From: Basidiobolus meristosporus CBS 931.73
Taxonomy: Eukaryota; Fungi; Basidiobolomycota
Assembly: GCA_002104905.1 (NCBI GenBank)
Contig: MCFE01000427.1
Span: 13,098-77,097 of the forward strand
DNA: 64,000 bases
Direction: 5' to 3'
Under the pieces are notes generated by a model. The model did no database searches. It saw only the letters and a program-made list of their open reading frames with translations, and was not told the origin of the DNA. Each line of letters begins with the position of its first letter. Within the stretch, counting starts at the first letter, position 1. The position numbers were made by a program, and so were the translations under genes. Positions 26,166-39,600 of the stretch are shown here, one piece after another.

Positions 26166-26729
26166 GATAGTGAACCAAGTGTAAGGAAGAGTGATGGGAT
26201 GGTGGATGATTTATACTGTGGCACTCCTGCTGCCCCTTTTCGGGCATTTTCATGGATGCAAGGGTACTAATCCATGCTTCCACATTACTGATAGAGTGGA
26301 TGATCCAGAGAAGCATGGGGTAATTACCAAGGCTTTAGTGAATCCATGTTTGTTCCCTGCAGAACTACTGAGGACGAGAGCGCAGCGCACAGAAGAAGTC
26401 AAGTGCAGCAGCAAGCGGGTTTATTCCAGCTCTGGATTTACCGACCATCCATGCGGATATTTGGTGATGGCTTAGCAGTCAAGAACAGGCCATCATGTAC
26501 ATTATACTCTAATTGCTTGGAATCAACAATGCTACTACAATAGCACTATTATAGTCACCAAAACTGATTCCTTCATTTCAATTCAATAATCATCTGACAA
26601 ATAGATTTTATTAATGATTCTTACTCAATGAAAGTACAAAAATACTACTGGTTGATTGCATGTTGGCCGGTGACTATTGACATGAATTCAGGATCTAGCT
26701 AATATCAATCAATCGCCTGTGAAAGTCAG

Positions 26730-26969
26730 CTAATCGCTGCATTGAATGAGGGAGCATGACTTGCAGTTGGTGTAGTTGGGCCAGCCTTGGGCTTGGCATT
26801 TCACATTCTGGTCAGTGCACTGCACGGTGGTTCCGGAGACATAGCAAGATCTGGTACCGAGGGAGAGGGCGCTGGCACACTTCTGGGCGGAGGAGCCGCA
26901 TTGAAGAGAGAACTGGGTGGCGCTGACGGCCAAGCCGAAGAAAGCGATGACAAGAGCAGCAGTACGCAT
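26730..26969 (-). CDS. Small 8-Cys secreted protein, family B copy 1 (79 aa, CASALS variant)
   Basis: Signal peptide MRTAALVIAFFGLAVSA, 8 Cys, TATAAAA upstream. Confidence 0.85.
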   Translation of the reverse strand: MRTAALVIAFFGLAVSATQFSLQCGSSAQKCASALSLGTRSCYVSGTTVQCTDQNVKCQAQGWPNYTNCKSCSLIQCSD

Positions 26970-27833
26970 TAGTGTAGATGGAGTTGGAGCGTTGTAGGTG
27001 TTTGTGATGTCCGTAGGTACTGCGTTGATCTTTTATAACAGACAGCTTTAGTTGAGATACCGTAAAAATGGAGTCGGACAGAGGATTCTGCACTTCTCCA
27101 GGTCACACTATCATGCGGACTATTTTTAGTGGCTGAGGAAAAGAGCCGGCTCGGCTTGATGAATTGATAGGCCTAGTCAAGCAAGGATTTTATGGACCAC
27201 TATCCGCATTCTTAGCCCCGGGTTACGAGACATTACTCCATAAAGAACCTCACATCAAAATTGGTGATTGATAATGAAATGCAACGGTGTAAAGCCCCTG
27301 GCTGGAATGGCTATATCCTAGCACCAGCCTTTGATAAGTCGACCCAATGGAAAGCAAAAGGAAAGTGGGATAAATCTCCGGTACAACTGAAAGGGCCAAT
27401 AAGATTGATTGATTCGCTGGCGAGAGGTTACGCCACGAGTAAGTTCAGTAAGACTGTTACATCAGTATAGCGCAACCCATGAGTGGAAAATTGAAACAAT
27501 CAATTCTCTGGTACAATGTCGATCTGACCCATATTAGTGAAATAGTACAAAATCATCAGAGATGTTTAACAAGGTTATTGGTCCATGCTTATTATGAATT
27601 CCTTGACACAATTCCGGTCCATTCCATGCTTGAAAATGAAGTTGCACAAAACCTTATTAAACAACTAACGAGATGCCTTCGTATTTTGTTTCATTTATTC
27701 ACAAAGGTTGCTAGCTGACACTTTAAATTTGATGAAAATGCTGAATGATAACCGGGTTCAATCAGAATGACCTGATGATGCTTGCCAGGTCAAGGTAGCC
27801 TCGGAATCGCATTCAGTCGCCAGTAAAAGCCAG

Positions 27834-28073
27834 CTAATCGCTGCATTGAATGAGGGAGCATGACTTGCAGTTGGTGTAGTTGGGCCAGCCTTGGGCTTGG
27901 CATTTCACATTCTGGTCGGTGCATTGCACGGTGGTTCCGGAGACATAGCAAGATCTGGTACCGAGGGAGAGGGAGCTGGCACACTTCTGGGCGGAGGAGC
28001 CGCATTGGAGAGAGAACTGGGTGGCGCTGACGGCCAAGCCGAAGAAAGCGATGACAAGAGCAGCAGTACGCAT
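27834..28073 (-). CDS. Family B copy 2 (CASSLS variant)
   Basis: One residue differs from copy 1. Confidence 0.85.
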   Translation of the reverse strand: MRTAALVIAFFGLAVSATQFSLQCGSSAQKCASSLSLGTRSCYVSGTTVQCTDQNVKCQAQGWPNYTNCKSCSLIQCSD

Positions 28074-29028
28074 TGGTATAGAAGAAGGTAGAACTTTGCA
28101 GATGTTCGTGATGACTAGAGGTGTCTTGTTGCCTTTTTATAGCAGATGGGCATATTCAAAAAACTGGAAAAACGAAGCGAATTGACCAGAGGATTCCCGC
28201 TCCGTAAGGTCGTACTAATGTCCACAATTAAGATACAGGAAAAATGGAGTAGGACAGAGTACTATACACTTCTCCAGGTTACATTATCTTGCGGAGTATC
28301 TTCAGTTGTGTGTCCAGAATGCCTAATTGCTGAAGAAAAGAGCCGACTCGGCTTGATGGGGTTTGATAGGCGCAATCAAGCAAGGATTTCCACGACCACT
28401 ATCCACAACCGATTTACGAGTTATTGCTTCATTACGATTCTCACTTCGGAGTTGGTAATTAATAGTGAGAAGTAACTATGCAAAGTCCCTGGCTGTAAAG
28501 GCTCAAGACTAGGCCTGGCCTACAGCACATCGACCCATTGAAGAACGTTGGGAAGGTAGGAGTAATATCCGGCACAACCGAAAGAGCAATAGCCGTCGAG
28601 AGTATAGAATGATTATCTGATGGGAAGTAGCGCCACTAGTAAGCTCAGTAGGATTTTTGTTTCGATTCAAATGCAATCCAGATGGAGCAGCCCATGAGTG
28701 GAAAATCGGAACAAATCAATTCTCAGGTACAACGTCGATCCATTCCATATCTGGAAGCGAAATAGTCCAAAACCATCTGCACTGTTCAAGTCATCCAGGT
28801 TAATAATTGATACTTACTACGGATTCTCAGGCACAATACCGATCTACTTCATATTGGCAAGTGAGGGTGCACAAAATCCAGAACTTGTTAAAACTAATGA
28901 AATATATTGAAATTTTATTTGATTTATTAAAAATGTTATAAGATAACCGCATTCTTTCAGATAGACCTGATGATGTTTGCCAGGTCAACGTAGCCTCGGA
29001 ACCGCATTCAGTCGCCAGTAAAAGCCAG

Positions 29029-29268
29029 CTAATCGCTGCATTGAATGAGGGAGCATGACTTGCAGTTGGTGTAGTTGGGCCAGCCTTGGGCTTGGCATTT
29101 CACATTCTGGTCAGTGCACTGCACGGTGGTTCCGGAGACATAGCAAGATCTGGTACCGAGGGAGAGGGCGCTGGCACACTTCTGGGCGGAGGAGCCGCAT
29201 TGGAGAGAGAACTGGGTGGCGCTGACGGCCAAGCCGAAGAAAGCGATGACAAGAGCAGCAGTACGCAT
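29029..29268 (-). CDS. Family B copy 3 (CASALS variant)
   Basis: Protein identical to copy 1. Confidence 0.85.
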   Translation of the reverse strand: MRTAALVIAFFGLAVSATQFSLQCGSSAQKCASALSLGTRSCYVSGTTVQCTDQNVKCQAQGWPNYTNCKSCSLIQCSD

Positions 29269-30214
29269 TGGTATAGAAGAAGGTAGAACTTTGCAGATGT
29301 TCGTGATGACTAGAGGTGTCTTGTTGCATTTTTATAGCAGATGGGCATATTCAAGAAACTGGAAAAACGAAGCGAATTGACCAGAGGATTCCGCGCTCCG
29401 TATGGTCGCACCAATATGCATGGTACCGTTGGCTGTGTCGGGTATGTCTAGAATATGTCTTTATGTTTGACGGAAATAGCTGATGCGGTTTGATTGGTAA
29501 AATCTCGCCAGCACAGCAAGAGATGTGACAATCGTTTACCACAAGTAATTACCACGGGCCATTGCTTCACAAAGATCCTCCCATCAGAATTTGTATTCAC
29601 GAGTGGAAATCTGACAGAAACGGCTGACGACTAGGCCGAATCTACGTTAGTGCAACCTATTAGAGAATACGAGAAATCGGATACAATATCCCGCAAAACT
29701 CGAAGTTCACTGGTCGTAAATAAAGCCGATTGGTTCACTGGCTTATATTAATATTGTCCACATAATCCAGATGGAGAAATACGTACACATAAACAGCAAT
29801 AACCAACCAATCAATGCCCGGTACGGTGTGTGCAATTGAAGGTAAAAAATAATCCGAACTTTCATTTTATCCAATTATTCGGCCAAATCGGCGCTGTAAA
29901 GGATTGATTTTATTTGTATGTAATAAATTTCAGTTTGGAAATAATTCACTTGCTGTTGTCCTGATCATGCCTGCATAATATATTCGGTTAGTGTCATCCT
30001 GTTATGTCTCACGAGAGTTAAGCCAACCGGGATAATGAGCAAAGGGTGAATCGTTTCTTTATTTATTAAGGTCACAGCTCCAATCCATGTGCAGTAATAC
30101 TTGAAACTGTTGAAAATGTTGTGTAATAAAGGCGGTTCTCAACGAAAAAGTTCTGATGATGCTTGCCAGGTCAAGGTAGCCTCGGAATCGCATTCAGTCG
30201 CCATTAAAAGCCAG

Positions 30215-30454
30215 CTAATCGCTGCATTGGATGAGGGAGCATGACTTGCAGTTGGTGTAGTTGGGCCAGCCTTGGGCTTGGCATTTCACATTCTGGTCGG
30301 TGCACTGCACGGTGGTTCCGGAGACATAGCAAGATCTGGTACCGAGGGAGAGGGAGCTGGCACACTTCTGGGCGGAGGAGCCGCATTGGAGAGAGAACTG
30401 GGTGGCGCTGACGGCCAAGCCGAAGAAAGCGATGACAAGAGCAGCAGTACGCAT
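30215..30454 (-). CDS. Family B copy 4 (CASSLS variant)
   Basis: Protein identical to copy 2 from ATG at 30454. Confidence 0.85.
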   Translation of the reverse strand: MRTAALVIAFFGLAVSATQFSLQCGSSAQKCASSLSLGTRSCYVSGTTVQCTDQNVKCQAQGWPNYTNCKSCSLIQCSD

Positions 30455-31773
30455 TGGTGTAGATGAAGTTAGAACTTTGCAAGTGTTTGCAAAATCTACA
30501 GGTACCATCCTCCACTTATATATCAGTTGACTACAATAGCGATCCAGGGAATATAAAGTGAGCATGACCGAGAGTATCTTCTTTCTCGACCATGTCATCT
30601 TTTAACTGACTTGGTGCAACGTGAAATGTAATTACGAGTCATGGCGTCAAGGAAATTCGCACTGCAGTTCGACACAGCACCATAATTTGTGGCCAATAGT
30701 GAAATGTTACTAAAAAGAATCTCAGTCATGAGACTAGGCCCTACTCGTGATACGGGCAAGGTGGCAAAAACATCGGGTGGCACTAAAGCCGACTGGTTCC
30801 TGGGCAAAACACATCTACTATCAGATTCAAGAATAATCTAGCAGGGGTTATACATGTTTAACGGTGGAGATTAATTGAAATTCAATGCCGATCTGCTCCA
30901 TATAAAGGCCTTACCTGTATCTATGTCTGGTGCTGAATAGAATATGCACGAAGTAACGAAGTTAAAAGCAAACAGGAGTGAACTAGGTAACTAATCAGCT
31001 ATTATTGTTACAGAAATAAATATAATACCTTGCGTAAAATGCGACATTTGTTGTTAGTTAATCCATGTCAAGTAAAATGTGTTAGGTAAACTAATCCAAC
31101 TCACTATGTTAAATGGTATCAAACTGTATGCCTGAGGGAATGATATGGAGAATCAAACAAGAGCACATCTTAACTTTACTTACGCATACAGACGGCCTAA
31201 GCATATGCACTACTTTTATTGTTATTGTCATTATATCACGGCAGTATGCTTTCCAGTAGAGGCCGTAATAAGATTGGGTAGAACGGTATACACATCTCCA
31301 ATGTAAATTATATTCAAATCACCGTCGTAAGTGGCAACTTTATAGCATCAATTCCCACAAGCTTACAGAGAATCATTGGTCTAAATGTTGTCCATCATAG
31401 AAAGGAAAGTTCCACACCCAGTACCACGCATACAACATTACCTTTGATTGTGCAACTCATTCAGCATAAATACTTAGACCTCGCTACCCAATGTATATCT
31501 TAGTGTTGTATGTTTTGATTAGGCTTTGAGCTTCCTGGGAAGAGTTGTTACGGAAATTGATAATGCATCCACAAATATAGGCCATGTAAGCCACGACTAG
31601 ACAATGGAATTCGATGAAACTCACCACTGTGAAAGAGCTACCGATTCCAAATATAAAACGCAAATTACAATCTTCTAACATGAAAAACAAAGGAACAACC
31701 AAACACTTCGCAAACTGTTTAATCACTCCTTAACCTCCATGGGATACAACATGAAACCCACAGAGTGGGAAGT

Positions 31774-31846
31774 GGCCTCGTAGCTCAGTGGATAGAGCGT
31801 CCGCCTCCTAAGCGGAAGGTCCCAGGTTCGACCCCTGGCTTGGTTA
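31774..31846 (+). tRNA. tRNA-Arg(CCT), with weak acceptor stem
   Basis: D arm GCTC/GAGC, anticodon stem TCCGC/GCGGA with loop CT-CCT-AA, T arm CCAGG-TTCGACC-CCTGG, T-run terminator. Acceptor GGCCTCG/CTTGGTT has 2 mismatches and 2 G-U pairs. Confidence 0.8.
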
Positions 31847-32553
31847 TTTTTGAAGTATAGTAGAAAGCTGTCTAGCTCAAGGTAGGATGAAATGTATATC
31901 ACCTGTTCCACCGGATTCAACATCTGGATCCTATCTTTCACTCTCCTTCCAATTTTACCACTCATTTTCGCTTGGTTTAATACGCATTCTCTGTCGATTA
32001 CTAAATCAATAAAGGCAAGGTATCCAAAGTTTCTTGTTAACGCGTGGTACAATGACCACAAATACCAGCCAATTGGGACGAAAGAGTTTGTGCCAATCAC
32101 AGAACTATCAGTAACGCTGATCGAAGCTTTGGTAAAGAGTGTGCTGCAGTAGGATATTTGCCAAAGTCTAGCAGCAAAGATTGTAGAAATCATATTTTCC
32201 TTTAAATTGGTGGTTTTGGTATTAGTAGCACTAGCCATGGAGAAGGCAGATTGTAATATCTTCAGTTAGAGCTTGAGCCAGAGAAACCTGCATTTCAAGT
32301 TTGGCATCAGTCAGCTCATCGATTCCAAAAACATATGTATCTAAAATGTTGAATGACAAGTGACGTTTTTGTTGCAGATTATATTAGGCTACCTTCGAGC
32401 ATCAGGCACTTCATGAAACCTTCTCAATGGAGAATTGTATTTGAAGATGCTATAGCAGCTTTCGTGGACTATTCTGACACATGACATTGATGCTGAATAT
32501 ACAAGAAACAACTAGATGAAGGTAAAAAGCATTGCCCAACAGTACCCACACGA

Positions 32554-33120
32554 TTGTTCGACACTGGCTTTGAGAAATTCGTTTCCTCCCAAGTGGCAGG
32601 CCCTACCAGATACGACGTCCTCATTGCTGGTCATTCTTTCTACTCTTTAAAGTCCCTGGCACCTGTGATGGACTCCATCTTCTACAAGCTTCTTGCACCT
32701 GGTGGCTGCCTCACCATTATTCACGCCACTCCGGCCGACTTTCAGTGCTCGCTAGCGATGACACTCTTCAATAAAGGCCAGCCTCGAACACACGTCCAAA
32801 TTCTCCGGGAGGTAATCAAGCAGCTGGACCCACTATCCTGCTCAGGTGACAGTTGAATACCCTCGCTAAGCTCCGAAGAATCACTAGTCCAGGTCCGGAT
32901 CAACGATCTCTATGTCAGTGTGAGATGTTGTCTTGCCGGATACAACAAGGGTGTATGCAACTCCAGGGCTCCGCTAAGCTTCTTCGTTGGAAAAGATCTC
33001 AGGCTGGCCAATTCAGAACATCCAAGTTCCATTTTGAGAGCGCAGTGGATCAACCTCGAGTCTGATCAGTGGGTTCTGTGGCAGCCAGAGGTTAATCTCC
33101 CGGGCAATGATTGCTTCTAA
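32554..33120 (+). pseudogene. Degenerate copy of HNMT-like SAM methyltransferase
   Basis: Aligns to the 3' half of 52264-53241. Trp TGG changed to TGA at about 32854, frameshift, 5' half largely lost. Confidence 0.85.
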
Positions 33121-33437
33121 TCGGCCAGACCGTCTCCTTACGGTATGTATGCGGCTGAACGGGTGCTCTAAAGGGCGCTATCACTTTGCAATTCCCTAGC
33201 CATGCACAGGCTGTGCCTGAATTTTATTACCTTGGCTTCTGCAGCTGATTCCTGACAATTGATCGAATGTATCATGAAACAGACTGCAGCTGATCGTCAT
33301 TGGGTCAGTATGTGTGCCTCTGATGGTGGCACAGTCCCGGATATTATTATCAGTAAAACGCTAGCTGGCGGAACATAAGAGTTTTCCTATAAAGGCCGAC
33401 CACCACAACCTTCGTTTACGTAGTAATAAATTCAACA

Positions 33438-34502
33438 ATGGCTTACTCAGATTTTGATCTAACTGTGATTCTGGTGACCATTTGCATTTTGATCGCCTCC
33501 TACCTGGCTGTAGTGAGATCTCATCGATTCAGGAGAAGGAGCTACATCCAGCAGCTGTATGGACGGATTCAAACAAAAGATGAACACTACAAAGCCGTTG
33601 CCTACCACAAAATCTTCCGGGAAACCACCGCAGACTTTCCACTAACCATGGACTTTGCACTTGGTTTAGCCAATGTCTATTTATGTGGCATTCCTAGTGT
33701 TAGCAAAAAACTTGCCGCCACTAAGCAGCTCACTGAAGCAACCGAGAAACGGTTCGAAGACACAGATATAATGTTGCGGGAGGTAATGGAGAACCCGCCT
33801 GGCAGTAGCCGCTCTGACATGGCACTTCGCCGGATCAATTATATGCATAGGCGTTACCAGATCAATTCGGAACATGCCTGGTATGTCTTTGGGCTCTATG
33901 TGTTCGTTACCATCGACATGATCTCCAAATACGAGTGGCGCTCGCTACTGGAGGCGGAGAAACAGGCCATCTACCAATACTGGATGGGCTATTTGGCCAA
34001 AAAGATGGGATTTTCTCCTAGCACAGTGATAGACAGCTATCAGAAGTTCGAGGGGTGGTTCCGTAAATACCATTCCAGGCACCAGGTTCACCATCCTCTG
34101 AATTCACGACTAGGTAACGTCACATTGGAGTATTTCCGGTCCATACTTCCGACATACCTTCAGTGGCTCTCTGACCCTGTGGTTTTGAGCCTATGCGGGC
34201 CCCTGGAGCTTCATGCTATCTTCCACTGCCCGGATATGCCCGACTGTGCAAACGAACGGCTAAAGCGTAGGGTTTGGCCTTCTCTGCTGATATCTGGTGG
34301 TTTTTTTTTGCGACGATGCATTGTCAGGTACCTCTGCTTCCCTAAGGAAATACCCCGGCGCACCCCTGAATCCAAGCGCCCAGATGGGAGTTACGTGCCC
34401 AACTGGGAAATCTCCCCGGGTTGTATCTATGCGAATGGGTACAAGATTGAATCAATTGGCCCTCCAAAGTTTGCTCACAGGTTTGGCGAGCTCTACCATT
34501 AA
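33438..34502 (+). CDS. MpaB/DUF2236 (ER-bound oxygenase / Lcp-like) family protein, 354 aa
   Basis: N-terminal TM helix, KRFEDT, RRINYMHRRY, KYEWRSL, YANGYKIESIGP motifs. TATAAA at 33388. Confidence 0.8.
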   Translation: MAYSDFDLTVILVTICILIASYLAVVRSHRFRRRSYIQQLYGRIQTKDEHYKAVAYHKIFRETTADFPLTMDFALGLANVYLCGIPSVSKKLAATKQLTEATEKRFEDTDIMLREVMENPPGSSRSDMALRRINYMHRRYQINSEHAWYVFGLYVFVTIDMISKYEWRSLLEAEKQAIYQYWMGYLAKKMGFSPSTVIDSYQKFEGWFRKYHSRHQVHHPLNSRLGNVTLEYFRSILPTYLQWLSDPVVLSLCGPLELHAIFHCPDMPDCANERLKRRVWPSLLISGGFFLRRCIVRYLCFPKEIPRRTPESKRPDGSYVPNWEISPGCIYANGYKIESIGPPKFAHRFGELYH

Positions 34503-35390
34503 GTTGTGCTTTTGTATAGCTGGCGTCACGCTATAAACACTTCAAAGTATGGGATTTACAGGCTCTGAGGCTTATCGCAGGCTGTGATATTGATACCTCA
34601 TTTTTACAAGCGATTTCCATATACATGATATTATGGCTATTTATTCAGTTTGCAATTGTCAGTCTTTAGCGGTTTATTTGTGTCGTTCACTTTTGAGATC
34701 TGTTAGTATGGAGGTGCACTATTCAGCTATATTAATGCGTATTTATGGATCCAATCATCAATAGGAATCGAATTCGCAGAACTAAACAGGCGAATCTCGC
34801 AAAAGTATCATTGTAGGGTAGAGACAAACCTTTTAGCGGTGGGCATATTCAAAGTACTCACAATGTATTGAGGACCGTTGAAGCTCAGCAAGCGTTTCGA
34901 GGGATTCTATCACTTTCTGGAGAAAGAAACCCCACTATACTGTGACCTGATACATCTAAGTGTATGATATATCGCGTGCTATTCAACCCTAGTTGGCATG
35001 AAGCATATGTCTTTTTTATCTGATACATACTCCTCCATTTTTAGAGAATTCAGTGTTAAGCTCAATAAACTCAGATCGGAGCGGTTAACATTGATTGGTG
35101 ATTCGATCAATTTTCGGACTGTGAAAATTGTCTATCTTTTATTTGAGTGCTGGGTTATAGTTATATACTTCTAAGAATTCGCGCAGAAATTTTCAAATGA
35201 TTTCAAGCACAATAGTCGGTCTATTTGGAACCGAGTCGCTATAAAATTAACTATCACATGGAATGTAAGTTATGATATAAACCATGCGAGGCACAGTTAA
35301 TAAAGCAGTTCTCTTTTGACAATTGAAGTGGTTACGTTTGATCTTTTTCCTTTTGTAGGATTGGATAATCCAAAAACGACAGGTATATGC

Positions 35391-35463
35391 GGGGCGTTGG
35401 CCTAATGGATAAGGCATCAGACTTCGGATCTGGGGATTGTGGGTTCGAGTCCCATGCGCCTCG
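35391..35463 (+). tRNA. tRNA-Arg(TCG)
   Basis: Complete 73-nt cloverleaf: GGGGCGT/GCGCCTC, GCCT/AGGC, loop CT-TCG-GA, GTGGG-TTCGAGT-CCCAT, downstream T6 terminator. Confidence 0.93.
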
Positions 35464-36636
35464 TAAATTTTTTGAATCAGGAAGTATTATCTGAATCCCA
35501 ACGTCTTGCACTATCAATCTTGGGTACCGAGGCTATTTATGTTGTACAAGTTACAATCACTGCGAGATTTTGTGGATGACATACATGTGATGGAAGTGGA
35601 ATCACCGGTTTGTTTGTAAAGAAATCAAGTATCTCTATTGGAGACCCTTATATTACTATCAAATCCACCATTGCTTACATGAATATAAAAATGGATTTAT
35701 AGGAAGGATGAAGGGAATGTACAGGAGCTCCACCTTAGCCCTTGCTTTAGTGAGTAAAATGAGCAAGATGAGCCTGGTTTTACATTGTAACATATCAATA
35801 ATGCTGCAAAAGCCAAGGCACTATCTTATCAATGTAGGGCATTTTTGCCATCAAGGTGCAACAAACCTGCTTCAGGGGGAATTGATAATGGCTCAGAGCT
35901 AATCATCATTTGTGTTACCAGACTTTCAAGGAGACTTGTATGAATATTTAATTAGTACTGGGTGTGGGGTTGAGAGTTATTTACAATATGGATGTGAGCA
36001 CTGTCTGCTGGGAAGATGTTGTATTTGAATCAAGTGTCATGTTGCCAAGAAGTCTCATATCATAAGAGTAATATATGACTCTTGATGGTGTACCAAGGCC
36101 TGTCTTTATCTTCTGTGTAGGATTCACATGATTTCATCCATACATCATTTACCTCATATTTGTCCTGCTTGCATAAATTTCTCTATATGTTGCAATCTGG
36201 TTAGGATTCACTTTGTTGTCACTGATATGCTATATTTAGATCCATCAAATATTCAAAAAGGGCCTGTTGATTGCAAGTTACTTTGTTAATTTATTCTTTG
36301 GCATGTTTGATGGGCATATTTTGTTATCCTGAACCAATGCAACTTGGGCTGTGATGGTGCTATATCTATGTGGTACTGATCCCTTATCTAGATGCTTATA
36401 AGGTATAGCCAGTTAGCTTTTCTTACAGGATTATTTATTTTATTCTCACTGCATTGAAGTAAACTTTATCTCACAATAATTCTGCGGAAACTTTGTAAAT
36501 GGCTGATGATTGAAGAACTGAAGGTAGGCTTATAACATCTCATTTGAGAAGTAAGTACATGCTGCTGGCATATAAGGCAAAGCTTGCACACTAATGTTAG
36601 TTGCCGCTGGTACCTACTATTGTACACCTCTATAAT

Positions 36637-39600
36637 TGTTGTAAAAATTCGTATTTCCACCTAAATATTCACCTAACTTAGTCACTTAGATCATCACCTT
36701 CAAATCCTAGAGAATACTGACCAAATTCCTTGTTGGGATTTACTTAGAATATTTACCCAGAACATGAAAATTTGATAAGTTGTCCAAACAGCCCCAAACT
36801 TTGCACACATGTTCTTGGGACCTTCCTTAACCTATTCTACGGGTTTGTAATGCCAAGACCATGTAAAAGTATAAATACTACTTTTACATTCAATAAATCA
36901 TTAAGTGAAAACCACATAATCTACTTGTTCTCCCAATCACTTCCAATATCTCCAAGACTCTTACAACAGGTTATGAGCCCCAAGCTGTCACTCTCTGCAA
37001 TGTCTACTACTGCTATTACTGGAATTTTTCCCTCTGCTGAAAAGTTGGATGGATCTAACTACCAAGTGTGGAAGGTGAAGATGAAGATGCTGCTACAAGA
37101 AAGAGGCCTTTGGGATATTGTCATGGGAGAAGAATGCCCTCCTAAAAACATGGGAGAGGAAGCCTTAAAGTACCAGAAGAAAGAACAAAGTGCCTTTAAC
37201 TGCATTTGCCTTAATGTCAAGGACAAATTGCTAATTCAATGCTCAAGAGCAAAAACGGCAAAGAATGCCTGGAAGGCATTAGAAGACACCTACCAGTCAT
37301 GTTCAGCTGCCAAGAAAATGTATCTGAGAAGAAAATTCTTTACTACAAAGATGCTGCCAGGAGAAGAAATGAAAAATCTAATTAACAGAATTACCCTGCT
37401 GGTAGATGAGATGGAATCTGTGGGCGTACCAACTACTGATGAGGATGTGATAGTTACCATCCTGAATAGCCTGACAGACGAGTTTCAGGGCCTTGTATCA
37501 GCCCTAGAGTCCAGAACTGAAGATTTGACCTTAAATTACGTATATGGAAGGCTCCTGGATGAAGAATTAAGAAAATCAAGCGCCAATAAGAAGGAAGAAG
37601 AAAATGCTTTAATAAGCAATGATAACCAACAAAGGAGGTACCCAAGACCCTACAAAGGCAACAACAACCTATTTTGCAACTACTGCAAAAGGAAAGGACA
37701 CACATCAGACCGGTGTTTCAAAAAGAGAGATTATCAGCAAAAGAAGCCTGAATATGGAAATGCTGCAACAACTGAAGATAGACTATTCATATCTGCACTA
37801 AATATGACCACAAACAAGGATTCTCAGACGTGGTATATTGACTCTGGAGCTTCCCAACACTTTACACACCAAAAAGAACTTTTTACCCAATATCAAGAAA
37901 TTCCAATTAAGAAGGTTTTCATGGGTGACAATAGAACACTTGATGCAGTGGGAGAAGGAACTATCCAAGTAAACCTTAGAAGCAGTGAAGGAAGCCATAC
38001 ACTGACCTTTAAAGAAGTACTCTATGTACCAGAAATAGCCAAGAACCTACTCTCTGTAAGCAAGGCCACAGCAGAAGGACTCAGTTTCAGTTTTAACAAT
38101 TCTGGATGCAGGATCACTGATCAAAATGGTGCCCATATTGCTTCGGGCATCAGAGATCAGAATCTATACAAGTTGACTTATATTCCATCATATCTGGAAG
38201 CCAATATAAGTAACTTAAATGAAGAAACACCAATGCTTTGGCACAGGAGATTTGGACACATCAATTTTGATTATTTGCGTAAAATGATCAAAGATCAGCT
38301 AATTTCTGGAGTGAAAATTGATCCCCCAGCTATTTTGGAGCACTGTGAAGCCTGCATATATGGGAAACAAGCCAGACAACCGTTCAAGAGCTCTGGGTTA
38401 ATCAAAACTAAGAAAAAATTAGATCTAATTCACTCAGATCTGTGTGGACCTATGCAAAATTTATCCTTAGGTGGGATGAAGTATTTAATCACTTTTATTG
38501 ATGATTATACAAGATACACATGGGTCTACTTCATGGAGAGAAAGGAAGAAGCTCTGTCTAAGCTCAGGGAGTTTAAAGCCATGGTGGAGAGAGAAACTGG
38601 TGAAAAAATCAAGAAAATACGCTCTGACAATGGTGGAGAATATACCTCAAAACTCTTCATCCACTTCTGCAAAATTCATGGGATAAAGCAAGAGACTACT
38701 GTACCATACTCCCCACAGCAAAATGGAGTAGCAGAACAAGCTAACAGATCAATAATTGATATGGCAAGATCTATGATCCATGATCAAAAATTATCCTATG
38801 ATATTTGGGCGGAATCAGTTGCCACTGCTGTATATCTTAAAAATAGGAGTTATAACAGAATACTTCGTGATTCTACTCCATTTGAAGCATGGTATGGATA
38901 CAGACCAAGTGCAGAACATCTAAGAATATTTGGGTGTACAGCATATGCCAAAAAACTGGCCGGAAATCAGTCAAAATTTGAGCCAAAAAGTGTAAAATGC
39001 ATATTTTTGGGCTACTGCAATGAGAGTAAGGCATACAGACTCTACAATACCAAAGCAAAGAAGCTGATCAAGTCCAGGGATGTGTTGTTTGATGAAAATT
39101 CAAAATTTTCACAAAAAATGACATCAGATGATGACGAAAATTTGATCTCAAGTCCACCAATTGTCAGGATTGAATCAGAGCAAAACAATGAAAATTTTTT
39201 CACTCCAGAGGACTCTACAACCATGGTTCAGCCAGAATCAGTGCCCAGGAATATCCCAGAAGTGATCATTCCAGTATCAAATGCCCGGAGATCCAATCGG
39301 ACAAGAAATAGCCCAAATTACTATATCAATGAGGGTACAAACTTAGCCTATGCCTATTCAGTCCATGTTGATGAACCCCAGACTGTAAAAGAGGCCCTAA
39401 ATAGCCCTCAGACGAAGTTTTGGAGATCTGCAATGACTGAGGAATATCAGGCACTGATGGAAAATCAAACTTGGGACTTAGTCAAATTACCAATCAACCG
39501 AAAATCAATTGGATGCAGATGGGTCTTCAAGACAAAATACAAGGCTGATGGTACAATTGAAAGATACAAAGCAAGACTTGTAGCCAAAGGATACTCTCAA

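Noticed and set aside
36772-36972. N-terminal extension of the copia ORF and similar ORFs at 9781 and 41492
   Set aside because: These are open frames within LTR sequence; the plausible start is ATG 36973 at the PBS.
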